64,000 nucleotides of DNA from Elsinoe ampelina (GCA_010093995.1 ML992501.1:3182489-3246488), one strand, 5' to 3'; shown: positions 11,532 through 23,321, numbered from the stretch's first letter. Notes: generated by a model not told the origin, from the sequence alone. Numbers and translations: made by a program.

Positions 11532-12373
11532 TTGGAAGCTGTGAGGGAAGGGTTGAGAAGAAGAAGACAGCAAGACGTGGTCGGGTCGGGACGAGAAAGA
11601 AGAAGGTTTGCGTGGGACATTGCGGACGTCTTTGGAATGGTCAGCGGGCGAGTCAATCGAGCCTTCGGACCTTTGCCTGAAAAATGGAATCGGCCGTCGT
11701 TGTTCAGGAGCGATTCCGAAGCTCATTCCGCCAGTCTGGTAATTGGAGATGACAAGCATCGAGGTACAGAAAGCAAATGGCGGTGGACAAACAGTAGCAG
11801 CAAGCCACTAACTTAGCCAGCAACCATGCATGCCCGTGAAGTGGTGTGCAGCCATTGTGATCGTGTGCCTCGTGTCATCCGTTTGGCCAGCTGCAAGCTC
11901 CAAACAGAAAGCGGTATAGCTCGCCGGGGAATATGACAGGGCCTTGCGCGGAAGGCCCCAAGGTCGCACATGTTGGGTCGACTGCATCTCTCCACCTCAG
12001 CGTCTCGAGAATTTTCGCTGAACCGCGATTCCGGCAGGGTGTGCCATTTGCCTTTCGTTCTTTGCCAATTTCATCGGCAGTGGACCCGCACAGTCGTCAC
12101 CGTCCTTCGTTTCGCTCGGTTTGACAGTCTCTAGCGCCCGAGATACTTTTTGACTCGTACCTGAACTCGAGAAGCTTGTGGGGGAAACCAAGGGAACAAG
12201 GGGACCTTTGCGAAGGGCCTGAGAAAGATCGAACTCCTCCTTCCCAACTCATTCCCGTCATCCACAACCTAGACACTCTAGCACTCACCTGAGTCTCTCC
12301 TTTCACGACTATTTCCTTGTCATGGCTCGCGTCTTTCACTGAATCGCTCGCTGTCTTTTCCGCTTCGACAACA

Positions 12374-15243
12374 ATGTCGGGTCGCCGCCATGATTACCCC
12401 ACTTCACGCCGCGATCCGATGTACGAGGACGACAACAGGCGCTCCTCGAGACACGACAGGTATGATCGCATGGAACTCCTCAAGATCGAGACATTAACAT
12501 CTACTACAGATACGAATACAGCTCATCGCCGTCGAACTACGTCTACCCTCCTCCACCTTCAAAAGCATCCTCATGTCGACCTTCAAAGCCCCGCCGCAGA
12601 TGGCCGCCTCCCCCGTCAGTAGAAGAAGAGGCTACAGCACTTCGCCGAGAAGCAGGGAATACAAAAGTGCAAGCAACAGAAGAGGTTTCACAAAGAGGCA
12701 CGATAGATCAGGACCCTATCATCTTGGATGTGACACCACCGCGAGTAAGCAGGGCCCCGCCCAAGGCTGACCGGAAGGTCTCTCCTTCTCCAGGCGAGCC
12801 CACACCGCCAACAAGCGACGATGATGATCGAGTGAGAAGAGCGCGTAGGCATGGGCCAAGACTCAATACTGCCGCTATCCCGGAGATGCGTAGAACGCCC
12901 TCACCGTACTCGAATTCTACGCCTACGAGCGCGCCCATGTCTTCTCGGACTAATCCGTCGGCTACTTCGCAAGGCAGACCATACTCTTCGGGTAGGAATC
13001 TGTCGGCTCAATCGGATCAACCATGGCCCGCTGTGCCTAAAAGTGCAGGCTCAAGTACTTCACAACGGATGGGTCGAGAAAGGTCGGCCATTGACGATTC
13101 TCGCCCCTCGTCTGCAGCTGTCGAGGACGGTGATTTCGGTGAGGATGAGGCGAACTTGCGGAGGAATGAACGGCGATCGGCACGATACTCCTTCAACAAG
13201 CCTATCTTAAATGGTGAACCGCAGACAATCGAACAAGACGATGTCAAGTCAAAGCCGAGAAATGCAAGGCGACCCCTTCTGTCGGACGACAATCGCCGCC
13301 ACACCGACTCATTCGTTGGTGTGCCCCGCGAACAAATCATCAGTCAAGCTCAGAAGCCTCATGCCAAAGTCGCCAATCTAGTCCGAGAAGCATCCGGACA
13401 ACAGAACCCCCTTTCAACGAGAGTGCCCAGCGGTACACCACCGACCCGTTCCTCGCCGCGTGCCTCTACTGAGCAAGTACCGTCCTATCCACCATCGCCT
13501 CCCCGGTCGCCCCGAGCAAGCCAAGATCACACCCGGGATCCCAGCATATCAATCCCAAAGCGCCCCCAGCAGACCTCTGCAGAGGCTTCGAGGACTAATT
13601 CTCCTCAAGCATCGCCAAGATTACCTTCCAACATGCCAAATTCAGCGGGAGGATGGCAAGGAGCATTCGACAACAACGCTGCAAGGTCGACACGGCCCAC
13701 AACTCGCTTGGCGACAGCAACCCGACCTGATGATTATTCACGGACCACGCGAGCGGCGCCTCCACTAGCAAGAGCGGAAAGTTTGCCATATCCTCTTGAC
13801 GACTTCACGACATCAATGCCAGAGGAACGTGATCATCAAGTTTTCCCTGACGGACTTCGTCCCATGGAACCATCACCGATGTTCGCCAAAACGCTGTCAC
13901 GAGCTGGAACTCCACTGACAGCGCGTCCTCCTCTGCAAAAATACTCATCGTACAAGGATAATCCGACGGCCCCTACAGCGCCCACCACCATTCTGCCCAC
14001 ACGGGCACCGAAACAGGTATCCTTCGCAGACCCTTCCGTTGCAACTCTACCAATTGCGTCTGCAGCCCCGATCATGCCTCCATGCGACCGAGATACGTAC
14101 GTGAGTGGGTATGAAGATTGGTACACCCTGGACGATTGTCCCAACTTCGACATCTGCTCAACCTGTTTGATGGGAAACTTTCGCGACCACTATCACTTTG
14201 CCTTCTTCCGTCCGGTCACGCCCGGCATACGGTCCAGAGATACCAAGGTCAGATGCGACTTCTCCCGCCCCTGGCTACGCCTTGCTTGGCTTCTGACATT
14301 ACAACGCCAACTGCCCAATCTCAACTTGGTCAAGTCAATCTACCATTATCTTGAGCACCCTTCTACGCTTGCATGTCCCGACATTCATACCAAGCCGCAT
14401 ACTTGGTTCACAGTACTGGACGACCTGACCCGCAAGCCCATACCTTCTCTCTCCATATGTCGCACAGATGTACAGACCATTGAGCTCCTCCTCCCAAGCC
14501 TTCGTGGCTTCTTCGTCCCCCTCCCTTCGGCAAAAGGTTCTCGCTCCTCGTCAACTACCGACACCAGCTCCCGCCTCTGCACCTTCCGGACCACCAATAA
14601 CAATCGCTTTCCTATCTATCTCGATTTCCTGATCTCTCTTCACGAGACGGCCATGCAACAATCTCCCAGGAACCTTCCCGACATGACACCCTTTGTCCAC
14701 CTCGTCAAACACAAACTCGCCATTGACGAGTGCCCCCGTGACAACATTCTACAGGGCGCAAAGTGGTTCTTCATCCCTTCCCTGCCGGAATTTACCGTTT
14801 GTGAAGACTGCTATGACGATGTCATTGTGCCTCTTCTTCGGCAAGACCGAGACCTCGTCATGCGCTTCAACCGAAAAGCGGAACTTCTCTCGACGTCCAA
14901 AGAAGGCAGATCAGCCCGCGACAGTGTCAGCAGCATTACCGATGTAGCGAGGGAAGCGAGCTGTGCTTTGTACTCTGGCAGAATGCGGGTCGAGTTCGCG
15001 CGGGCAGTGGACACCAACGACCTACGAGCGTTGGCAAGAGTAGCACGGGCTCGAAGGGACATGGAAGTGGAGTTGCAGAGGAAGGCACAGCCTGTGATTG
15101 CCAAGATTGGCGAGGTCGATGACGCGTTGATCAGAGCAGAAGACAGAGGGGAGACGAGGGAGGCGAGGAGGTTGGAGGACGAAAGGGAGGCCTTGGAGAG
15201 GAAGCTGAGGACGTTGCAGGCCAGGTGGAAGGAGGTGGAGTGA
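12374..15243 (+). CDS. Conserved fungal protein: long Ser/Pro/Arg-rich disordered N-terminus, Cys-rich repeat C-terminal domain and terminal coiled coil
   Basis: ATG 12374; intron 12460-12509 leads into the 858-aa ORF. Repeated W..(F)DIC..C / FTVCEDCY motifs and CDFSRPWLRLAWL. Confidence 0.8.
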
Positions 15244-15415
15244 TCTCTCGCGGGAACAGATAAGTTCCTTATGATTGTGCTGTTAGCGGCATGGATAATG
15301 GTGATGACCACGAAGCGGCACGAGAATAATATAATTAATGACCTACCACGTCTTGCTTCGCACAGAATAGACCCAGCAAACACCCCGCTATGCCTTCCCC
15401 TGCCCTCATGTCACA

Positions 15416-16339
15416 TTACCAAGGATACCTCTCCCCCTCCCACGTCCAGAAAGTCCCACTGTCCCCCACCCCCTTACTCTCAATCACCTTCCTCATCCCC
15501 CTCACACTCTCCTCCGCCGTGATGATGCCCTCCACCGTCCACCCCACCTCGATATTCCCCATATCCGTACTCACCTCCCCCGGATGCATAGCCAACACCA
15601 CAGTATCATCGTCCCTCCTCCCCAACTCCGCCGCGAGATGCCTCACCCCCATATTCAGCGCCGCTTTACTGGCCGCGTACGCCGCGAAACCGTCTTCCTG
15701 CTCTCGGAAGCGTGACGCGGACCCAGAGTCGGAGGACATGAAGACGAGCATGCCGATGGGGATGTTGGAGCGGAGGAGCCGGTTGGCGAGCACGAGGGGT
15801 CCGATGGTGTTGGTGTGGAGGTGGAAGGCGAAGGAGTCGTAGGTCAGGGTGAGGGCGTGGTTGGGGTAGCGGAGGACGCCGGCGTTGAGGAGGACGTAGT
15901 CGATTTTGAGGTTGGGGATGGTGGAGAGGGTGGTGGTTAGGTTCTGGGGGGGTTGTTAAGAGGAGCATCGGGGTGGAGGTGGGGAGGGAGGCGAGGGATA
16001 GGCGTGCTGAGGATGGTTGTGTCGGTCGAGGAAGGAGAGAGGAGAAGGGATTGGGGATGGAGAGGCTTGTTAAGGGGACAAAGGAGACGTGGGACCTACG
16101 ATGATGCTCTGTTCGGATAGCACATCGCACTCGAGCAGCCTGCATTTACCATGATCACCGCCTGCTTCTGCCCACAACGTTGAGGCATTGGAAATGTCTC
16201 TGTTACGGACAGTGGCGAATATCCGTGCGTTGGTCTTGAGCAATTGGCGGACGAATTCGAGACCAATGCCACGTGATGCGCCGACGATAAGCCAAGTCGG
16301 ACGGTCAGAACCGTAGAGAATGTCAGGGATCTGGTCCAT
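15416..16339 (-). CDS. Short-chain dehydrogenase/reductase (CsgA/C-factor-like)
   Basis: LIVGASRGIGLEFVRQL Rossmann motif; intron 15944-16099; LLNAG; catalytic YAASK; MHPGEVSTDMG; FWTWEGERYPW. Confidence 0.9.
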
Positions 16340-16791
16340 GGGGAATATGAAGTCCTGGGCGCGCGTGACCGGGCTGAAGGATCGGGGAGGGCAATCTGCA
16401 CAGTTGGGAGATCTTGGGTGGGAAAGGACAGGGAAAATGCATCTCAGATCTCGCGTCTTTGCGGCTCTGAGATCAGGCCCAGCTTTGTTGGAGATGAGGT
16501 CATGATTGGCTCTTTGGTAGCTAGAGGTACAGCAGAGCCGCTTACAGAATGGCTTGTCCGTTGTGACGACGGAAATGGTCAAGAATGTGTAGACATTGAA
16601 TACACCATACCGCAAATGCTGGCTGAGGTCAAAAGTTTCTGGAAGATGAATAGAACATCCGTGCATGCTGCAGAAAGATCTGGTGCCTGTCAACAAGCGG
16701 CGAAAACTGTTGAGAGGTGCAAGGTGATCGTTTTTTCGTCGTTGTTGCCGGCGGAAATTTCGCTGGACCAGTTCGGCTGAAGTCGGAAGAT

Positions 16792-16811
16792 AATTGCCTT
16801 GCTTCTATTGG
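16792..16811 (-). promoter_or_regulatory. CCAAT-N12-RWT motif (candidate CCAAT-binding complex/HapX site) upstream of cytochrome c
   Basis: The minus strand reads CCAAT agaagcaaggca ATT, about 200 bp upstream of the cytochrome c ATG. This matches the CSAAT-N12-RWT consensus described for CBC:HapX in Aspergillus. Confidence 0.45.
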
Positions 16812-17006
16812 CTAAATCTCGCCGCAGCTCCCTTTCGTCACTCCCGGGCAATCTTTTTTCTCCCTCTGCCATCAGAGGCGTTCTCATTCTTGTTCTCCTT
16901 CCAACAACCTCTCCATCCACAGCTCCAGTCTTCCTACGATCTCATTCACGAGTTCGACTACCATCAACACTCATCTCCCCCACATCAACACCACACATCA
17001 TCCACA

Positions 17007-17568
17007 ATGGGCTTCTCAGCAGGTATGCCAACTTCTCTCCCTGATCTGTCAAGACCGTCATCGCGACGAGATCGACTCCGGCAAGCTTGCGAGTCTGCCC
17101 TCACAGTCGCGGGTCCAAGTGCTCGCGAGTCGACGATCTCGGTCTTGACGATCCGAGCTTGATGCAACGCGTTGCTCGACAAAACAGAAGAACTGACTTT
17201 GACCAGGCGATTCCAAGAAGGGTGCCAACCTCTTCAAGACCCGGTGCCAGCAGTGCCACAACCTGAAGGAGGGTGAGGGCAACAAGATCGGCCCCAACCT
17301 CCACGGTCTCTTCGGCCGCCAGACCGGTCAGGTCGAGGGTTTCTCCTACACAGACGCCAACAAGGCCAAGGGCATCACGTGGGCCGAGGACACTCTCGTA
17401 AGTTACCGCACACATGTCTCCGACAAGCGTAGAGTTGACGACTTCCAGTTCGAGTACCTCGAGAACCCCAAGAAGTACATTCCCGGCACCAAGATGGCTT
17501 TCGGTGGTCTCAAGAAGCCAAAGGACCGAAACGACCTGATCACCTTCCTCCAGGAGGAGACCAAATAG
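17007..17568 (+). CDS. cyc1: Cytochrome c
   Basis: Spliced (2 introns) translation [25 protein letters not shown]...[10 protein letters not shown]...[23 protein letters not shown]. CxxCH heme motif and the Met ligand are present. Confidence 0.98.
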
Positions 17569-18285
17569 ACGCATCCCGACGTACCTCCCTGTAATATACT
17601 TCTCATCCTCCGACCAACCCCATCAGTAACACTATGCACTCATTACCTCGAAACCTGTTGGACATGAAGCGAAGCAGTAGACACATAGACATTTGCGGGA
17701 AAGAGCAGCGAGCATGGAGGGTCTATCATAATGGGTTTTGGAGCGTTTGCACGTCTGTTTGACTAGCTATTGAGCTGCCGACCTAGCTTCGAAAGGAAAG
17801 GATTATCTTCACTCTTCAAATCTGGATCGCGAACCTTGCTCTTCTGACGTGAACTGTTCTTGGCGCACTTGCCTCTTGTGATAACAACGACGATTTTGCT
17901 ACTTCTACCAGCAGGGCACTTGCCACTTCTATCGCAAGGTAGATCAACAACCATTCGCAACTATTTTCCACCTCACTCGACTCATCACTACAACCTGTTT
18001 CTCAGCATCACTGGTCATCAGCAGTGACTCAGCAGGCATTCATTAGTGAGTTGGGCAGCAAGGTGGCGCAAACACTGCACGCCGACTACCACAGCATCAA
18101 TTTTGCTTTTCGATTAGACTTCCCGTCTCTCACTTCCCGATCAACTTCGCTGCGTTCATCGAAAACTCAGCATCTCTTCAGTCAACCACATTCAGACTCT
18201 GTCTCGTGAGCCATCAACTTCAGTCAACAACATTCAGTAGCTTTTGATTCTCACCATCAAACGACACAATCTTCACTCAACTATC

Positions 18286-19170
18286 ATGGCTCCTAACGCG
18301 ACCAAATGGAAAGCCTTCGCAGACTTCGACACGTCTTCAACTACGTCAGGTCCGGCCATCGCGTACAACGACTTCGTCTCCACCGCACCTGTTCGCAGGC
18401 AGTACAACACTCGTGCTCCCTTCCACATTCCCAACGAGTATAACTTGTCTTCACCCATTCAGCGTTTCTCACTAATCCGTATCAGGCTGACCTGCACCTT
18501 GTGCAACAAACCCAAAAACCTCCGCGGATTTTCGGTCGTCCAACAGAACAAGTATCGCGACTCTCGCGGCAGTCATAACATCATCTGCATCCATTGCAAT
18601 GGTGTGAAGAAAACCGAGATTACCTGCAGCCTATGCGACAAGACTTTGCCTCTCAAGAAATTTGCTCGTAGCCAGAGGAGCGGTGCACAAGAATGCTTCG
18701 ATTGTGTCGCCAAAAGGACCGGCTTCGGCAGTGACGACGAGGACGACTTCCTACTCCAGCACGACCTGGACAGCGCCAAGGGCATGTACCGTGTCCGCGA
18801 CCAGGGTGAGAACTCTACAGACGTCGAGACTGGAGCTTGGACAGGCGATGCCGGACATGGCAGGAATACCGCTGGGAACGACGGGTGGGCAACCAGTACT
18901 GAAGGCGGATGGGGTACAAGTACTGATGGAGGATGGGGGACCAGCACTGATGGGGGATGGGGTCCCGGCACTGACGGCGGATGGGGACCAAATACAACGT
19001 CAGGCAGCGAGGTCGCCCAGCAGAGAGGCAGAGAGATGCCTGGGCCAATCGAGAAGCAGAGAGCTTGGGTCGTGGATGAAGAGAGGTACGATCTCGGAGA
19101 GGACTGGGACGCCGGGAGTGTTTTGAGCGTCGAGAGCAGCGACAGCGAAGGGAGCGTCTTCTCTGTCTAA
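18286..19170 (+). CDS. Stc1-domain (tandem zinc finger) protein with GGWG repeats and acidic tail
   Basis: CTLCNKPK..FS..Q..CIHC..EITCSLCDKTLPLKKFARSQR..CFDCV matches the Stc1 domain pattern. Probable in-frame intron 18438-18485. Confidence 0.75.
   Translation: MAPNATKWKAFADFDTSSTTSGPAIAYNDFVSTAPVRRQYNTRAPFHIPNEYNLSSPIQRFSLIRIRLTCTLCNKPKNLRGFSVVQQNKYRDSRGSHNIICIHCNGVKKTEITCSLCDKTLPLKKFARSQRSGAQECFDCVAKRTGFGSDDEDDFLLQHDLDSAKGMYRVRDQGENSTDVETGAWTGDAGHGRNTAGNDGWATSTEGGWGTSTDGGWGTSTDGGWGPGTDGGWGPNTTSGSEVAQQRGREMPGPIEKQRAWVVDEERYDLGEDWDAGSVLSVESSDSEGSVFSV
18877..18990 (+). repeat. Coding 24-nt tandem repeat, about 4.7 copies, encoding (S/G)T(D/E)GGWG(T/P)
   Basis: agtactgaaggcggatggggtaca / agtactgatggaggatgggggacc / agcactgatgggggatggggtccc / ggcactgacggcggatggggacca, preceded by a degenerate NDGWAT unit. 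Confidence 0.9.
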
Positions 19171-19441
19171 ACATCACATGGAGTGGTTTGGACCTCGGCG
19201 ACGGAAGGTTAGGAGTGACACCACGGACGCGAGGACATCTCGCCTGAGCACAGCATAGGGCTCGAAAGCTGGATGTCCATAGTCTAGCTCGGGGAAGGAC
19301 CAAGCTAGCATTGAGTAGCATTGAAATGCAATGACAATTGAGGGGTGCTAAAGTTCAGTGCTGCATTAGAGCTGTGTCTACAGTTTGCGTGCATCTAAAA
19401 CCTCTGTACAGTATTATAGTCCATCCGGGCTACGTTTGCCT

Positions 19442-19819
19442 CTACTTCGGCACATCAATGTTGTCCATCAGTTCGCCGAACAGATAGTCCGTCGCCTCCT
19501 CGGGCCCGAATTTGTCCAAAGGTAGATCGGCCTGTGATAGTACCAAATGGGAGTTCTTCTTGGCAAGATCGCGAATTGCTTTGTCATCGGCGTCCTTGTT
19601 GGCTTGGAGCTTATAGCGTTTGTACTGTTGCCCGTCCTTGGTGACTGTTTCGCCATTATCCAGTCTCAGCCCAATGGCCTTGTCGTTCTTGTCGGTACGA
19701 GTCGGGGCGGCTCGAGTACCCGGAGTTCCGTTGCCAGAGGCGAGCGAGGTCATCCTGGACGGGTTTCTGACTACCCATGTCTTGAGCTCGCGGAGTGCCT
19801 CTTTGATAGCACGACTCAT
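19442..19819 (-). CDS. Small hypothetical protein (~125 aa)
   Basis: Intronless ORF from ATG 19819 with protein-like composition (LRLDNG..YKLQANKDA..LAKKNSH). It occupies its own intergenic slot. Confidence 0.65.
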   Translation of the reverse strand: MSRAIKEALRELKTWVVRNPSRMTSLASGNGTPGTRAAPTRTDKNDKAIGLRLDNGETVTKDGQQYKRYKLQANKDADDKAIRDLAKKNSHLVLSQADLPLDKFGPEEATDYLFGELMDNIDVPK

Positions 19820-20482
19820 GGTTTCTGATTTGTGCTGCGTCACGCGTGCCGACCAAGAAAAGTGGTGTTACAGAAGCTGTTCGGAGTATACCGTGTTATC
19901 TTTGGCAAAACTTGGATAGAGTGAGGCAGGGGCTTCTGGCGATGAGAGCCATGTTGCCAGACCTACTCGAGCCACTTTATATGCAGATGCCTTCTCTGCC
20001 TTGGCTACGCCAGAACCTGCAATGAAACAGCATGGCGTTGTCAACTTTTGCTTTGGAAGACGCTGATGATCCACAGCCAGTGTATCTACTGACTGATCGA
20101 GTAAAGCGATATTCATTGGTCTCTACAACGCCTTTTGGAAGAAAATTCTGCAAGTACGTGACATGGGCAGTGCAGCGCCTACAGCACAAAACATCGGTGG
20201 TCACTGTATCGCTGTGATGTGCCACAAGGTCCATGTTAGAATTGATAGGCCGAAGAGCTCTGTCTTGCGCGCGCCATCGAGACTAGCTGTGACCTGGGCC
20301 GTGAATGTAGACAGGGATGAAACTGCAGGAGGTGTCCGGAGAGTCTTCCGCGGCGTCAAAGCTTTTGATTGGCCGACGCGTCTTGGTTCCCCAAACGACT
20401 AAACTTACAAGCCCCCCTTGCAAGATCTGTACCACGATCGGAGACCGTATCATCGTCAAGCCGCGGGCATGACATCAACGTC

Positions 20483-22349
20483 ATGTGTTCGCTTCGTCCC
20501 TTTCTTTGGACGAACAGGCTACTTTCAGTACGGAGGCTGGAACACTTCATGACCCAACGCCGACTCATGGCTTCGCAAGGTATGCATCACACGCAAGCAA
20601 TAGGCAGTCCTCGCAGCTTATCACGCAAACAGCAGAGAATCGCGAAGAGCTCTTTGAATTCACTAGAGGCCGTTTCATCTCCAATGACACGCTTGAGAGC
20701 AGTAAGAGAAGTGCTCGTTTTGATGTGGGTGCGTTATGCGAGATTGCAGCGAGGGCAGTTGGTTCCGAGTCTTGCTCCGAGATCAAGAAATTGCCTGATG
20801 GCATGTATAATAGAGCTTTACTCTTAACGATGAACGACGCAAAACAAGTCATCGTCAAGATCCCAAATCCAAACGCAGGTCCTCCACAGCTGACTACGGC
20901 AAGTGAGGTGGCCACCATGCAATTTGTAAGTATTGCCCATCCTTCAAGACACTGGCTCAAGGATCCTGACACCTCAAACGATGCGAACGAAACTCAAGAC
21001 ACCCGTGCCGAGGGTTCTCTCGTGGTCTGCCAAGAAGACCAATCCAGTGGGTGCAGAGTATATCATCATGGAGAACGCCAAAGGCACGGAATTGGAATTT
21101 GTCTGGCATACTCTAAACATCAAACAGCGACTTGCTGTGGTCAAGCAGCTTGCGAGCTACCAGAGTGTCTGGGCCTCTGTCCGTGTATCTGGTTACGGTA
21201 GCCTCTACTTTCGAGGTGCTGCTCCAGACCACGCCAAAGCCCCTTTTCGACTTCTTGACAAGACTGGTGTTGAGCAGTGTGACGAGGATTACGAGCTTGG
21301 TCCCATTGTGGGCAGAGAATGGTACGATGATCGACGCAATGAGGTTTCTTTCGATCGAGGCCCATGTGAGTACCGGCCACTCCAAGTAAGGCATGCGTAC
21401 TGACACTCTTGGGCAAGGGCTTTCATTAGAAGACTATCATCGTGCAGTCGGAACTCGCGAAAGAAGCTGTGTAGAGAGTTTGGATTCGCTCCCGCCTTCT
21501 CCCATTGCTTTGCGCGGCCCCGGCCTGTACATGTCGGGTCGAGAGCACAAGCTCCGAGCCATCGACGTCTACATGAAGACTTTCAAGCATATCCTCACCT
21601 CGGAAGATAGCATCACGCATGGCTCGATCTGGCACGGCGATCTTCATGCCGGAAACATCTTCGTCGATTCGGCGGACCCGACTAAGATCACATCTCTGAT
21701 CGATTGGCAGGGTACCGAGATTGTCCCGCTTTATATTCATGCGCGGCAGCCATACCTGATAGACTACGAAGGTCCAGAGACAAAGGGTCTTGAGAGGCCG
21801 GTCTTACCGCCTGATCTGTCCGACATGACACCCGACGAGCAGTACGCAGCAAGGCAACTTCATTTGAAGCAAACACTGTGTGCACTCTACCGCACGCTCG
21901 TCCATCAAATCTGCCCTCCGATATATCGATCAATGGAATATCAAGACAGTGAGCAATTCTCGGTCTTGTTACTTGCGCGAAACCTCTTAGTCGACGGCGA
22001 AGCGGCATACCTTGCTCAGGCCATTGAGCTCAATGATAATTGGGACAAGATCGCCACGGATAACAGCCCTTCCCCTCTCTCATTCACGAAAGAAGAGATT
22101 GATGCAATCATGAAAGATCTGAAGGCCTGGAAACGAGCTTGCCAAGTCATGAGCGATGTTCGTGCAGTCATTCCGGAACTATACCCTGGAAAGGGCATCG
22201 TCCGGCACGAAGACTATGAAGCGTCCTTGGAGGCGCTTGAAGACTTGAAAGGACAAATCATCAACGACTTTGCTGCCAGCGAAGAGGAACGGCAGATGTG
22301 GATTTCATTGTGGCCGTTCGAGCAACTTCCACGACATCGAGGAGGATGA
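20483..22349 (+). CDS. Aminoglycoside-phosphotransferase/choline-kinase-like protein (AIM9-like), probable mitochondrial presequence
   Basis: ATG 20483 with an Arg-rich leader and 3 introns. LFEFTRGRF, GMYNRALLL, VKIPNPNAG..TTASEVATM, EYIIME, YGSLYF, WHGDLHAGNIFV, LIDWQ. Confidence 0.85.
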
Positions 22350-22463
22350 CCAGCACATGGTACCGGAAACGACGCAAAGAGATACGCTGAATTCACTGAG
22401 TGATTGCAGAAGTGCTGGCGAAAAGCTTGGCTGAATCACCTCCCAAGCGTGAGTACAGTGTCT

Positions 22464-23321
22464 TCACTCGCCCAATGCCTTCGCTTTCATCGTATCTACA
22501 GCAGCTGTCGCCCCTCCGTCCACAAGCAGATCCGTACCAGTCACAAAACCAGCCTCAACACTGCACAACCATGCCACAGCATTCGCAATCTCCGCCGGGG
22601 CCCCCAGCCTTCCCGCAGCGCTTCCGTCGATCAAGCCTTTGATCAGATCTCCGGCCTCCCCCTCCAGCTCCGCCGCACTCATGGCTGTGCTGATCACCCC
22701 CGGACTTACCGAATTGACCCTCGCCCCTTTCTCCCCAAACGCTTTCGCGAGGGCCTGCACCCTCAGACGATTTCCTCGTTTAGCGACGCCGTACTCCATC
22801 CCTTTCTGGGAGAATCTTCCCCCAAGCTCAGGATGGGACATCAGCTTATCCGTTCCCGCAAGCATGAGATGGGCAGTGAGAGATGGTGATAAAGGCGCTT
22901 GTAGCAGATCTGCAGCCATGCTGGCGATGGCGACCACGCTCATACCCGGACTCGCGATCTTGAGTGCTTCGTCCAAGACGAGGGTGGTGCCCAGGAGGTC
23001 GACGGCCCAGAGTCGCTCGGGGGAAGCTTGGGCGGGGGAGACGCCTGCTGCGTGGACGACGCTGGCGATGCGAGAGCCGGAGGAGGAAGCGAGGTCTTGG
23101 CCGCGCTTGAACAGGGCAACGACTGAGGCGAGGGAGGAGACGTCGGTCTCAAGGGAGGTGATGGTGTGACCTTCGTTGCTGAGGGATGTGGCGGCGCGGT
23201 CGAGGGCGGATGTGGAGAAGTCGGCGAGGAGGATGTGGTGGGAGGCACCCAGGCGGCGGGCGATGGAGAGGCCGATGCCGCCTGCGCCTGTGAGGATGAG
23301 GATTGGGAGAGCTGGTGGCAT
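22464..23321 (-). CDS. Short-chain dehydrogenase/reductase (intronless)
   Basis: ILTGAGGIGLSIARRLG, VHAAGVSPAQAS, catalytic YGVAK, RVNSVSPGVIST, FVTGTDLLVDGG. True start is likely ATG 23321. Confidence 0.9.
   Translation of the reverse strand: MPPALPILILTGAGGIGLSIARRLGASHHILLADFSTSALDRAATSLSNEGHTITSLETDVSSLASVVALFKRGQDLASSSGSRIASVVHAAGVSPAQASPERLWAVDLLGTTLVLDEALKIASPGMSVVAIASMAADLLQAPLSPSLTAHLMLAGTDKLMSHPELGGRFSQKGMEYGVAKRGNRLRVQALAKAFGEKGARVNSVSPGVISTAMSAAELEGEAGDLIKGLIDGSAAGRLGAPAEIANAVAWLCSVEAGFVTGTDLLVDGGATAAVDTMKAKALGE

Noticed and set aside
11532..11816. 94-codon open frame directly after the partner-3 stop (possible readthrough)
   Set aside because: The stop context is TGA TTG, not the TGA CTA readthrough motif. 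The other partners end shortly after KVLT, and the peptide looks like translated UTR.
15944..16099. Purine/G-rich tract suggesting a G-quadruplex or simple repeat
   Set aside because: It is the pyrimidine-rich intron of the minus-strand SDR and has no regular periodicity.
18877..18990. Regularly spaced repeats as a CRISPR-like array
   Set aside because: Eukaryotic context, no unique spacers, and the repeats are in-frame coding units.
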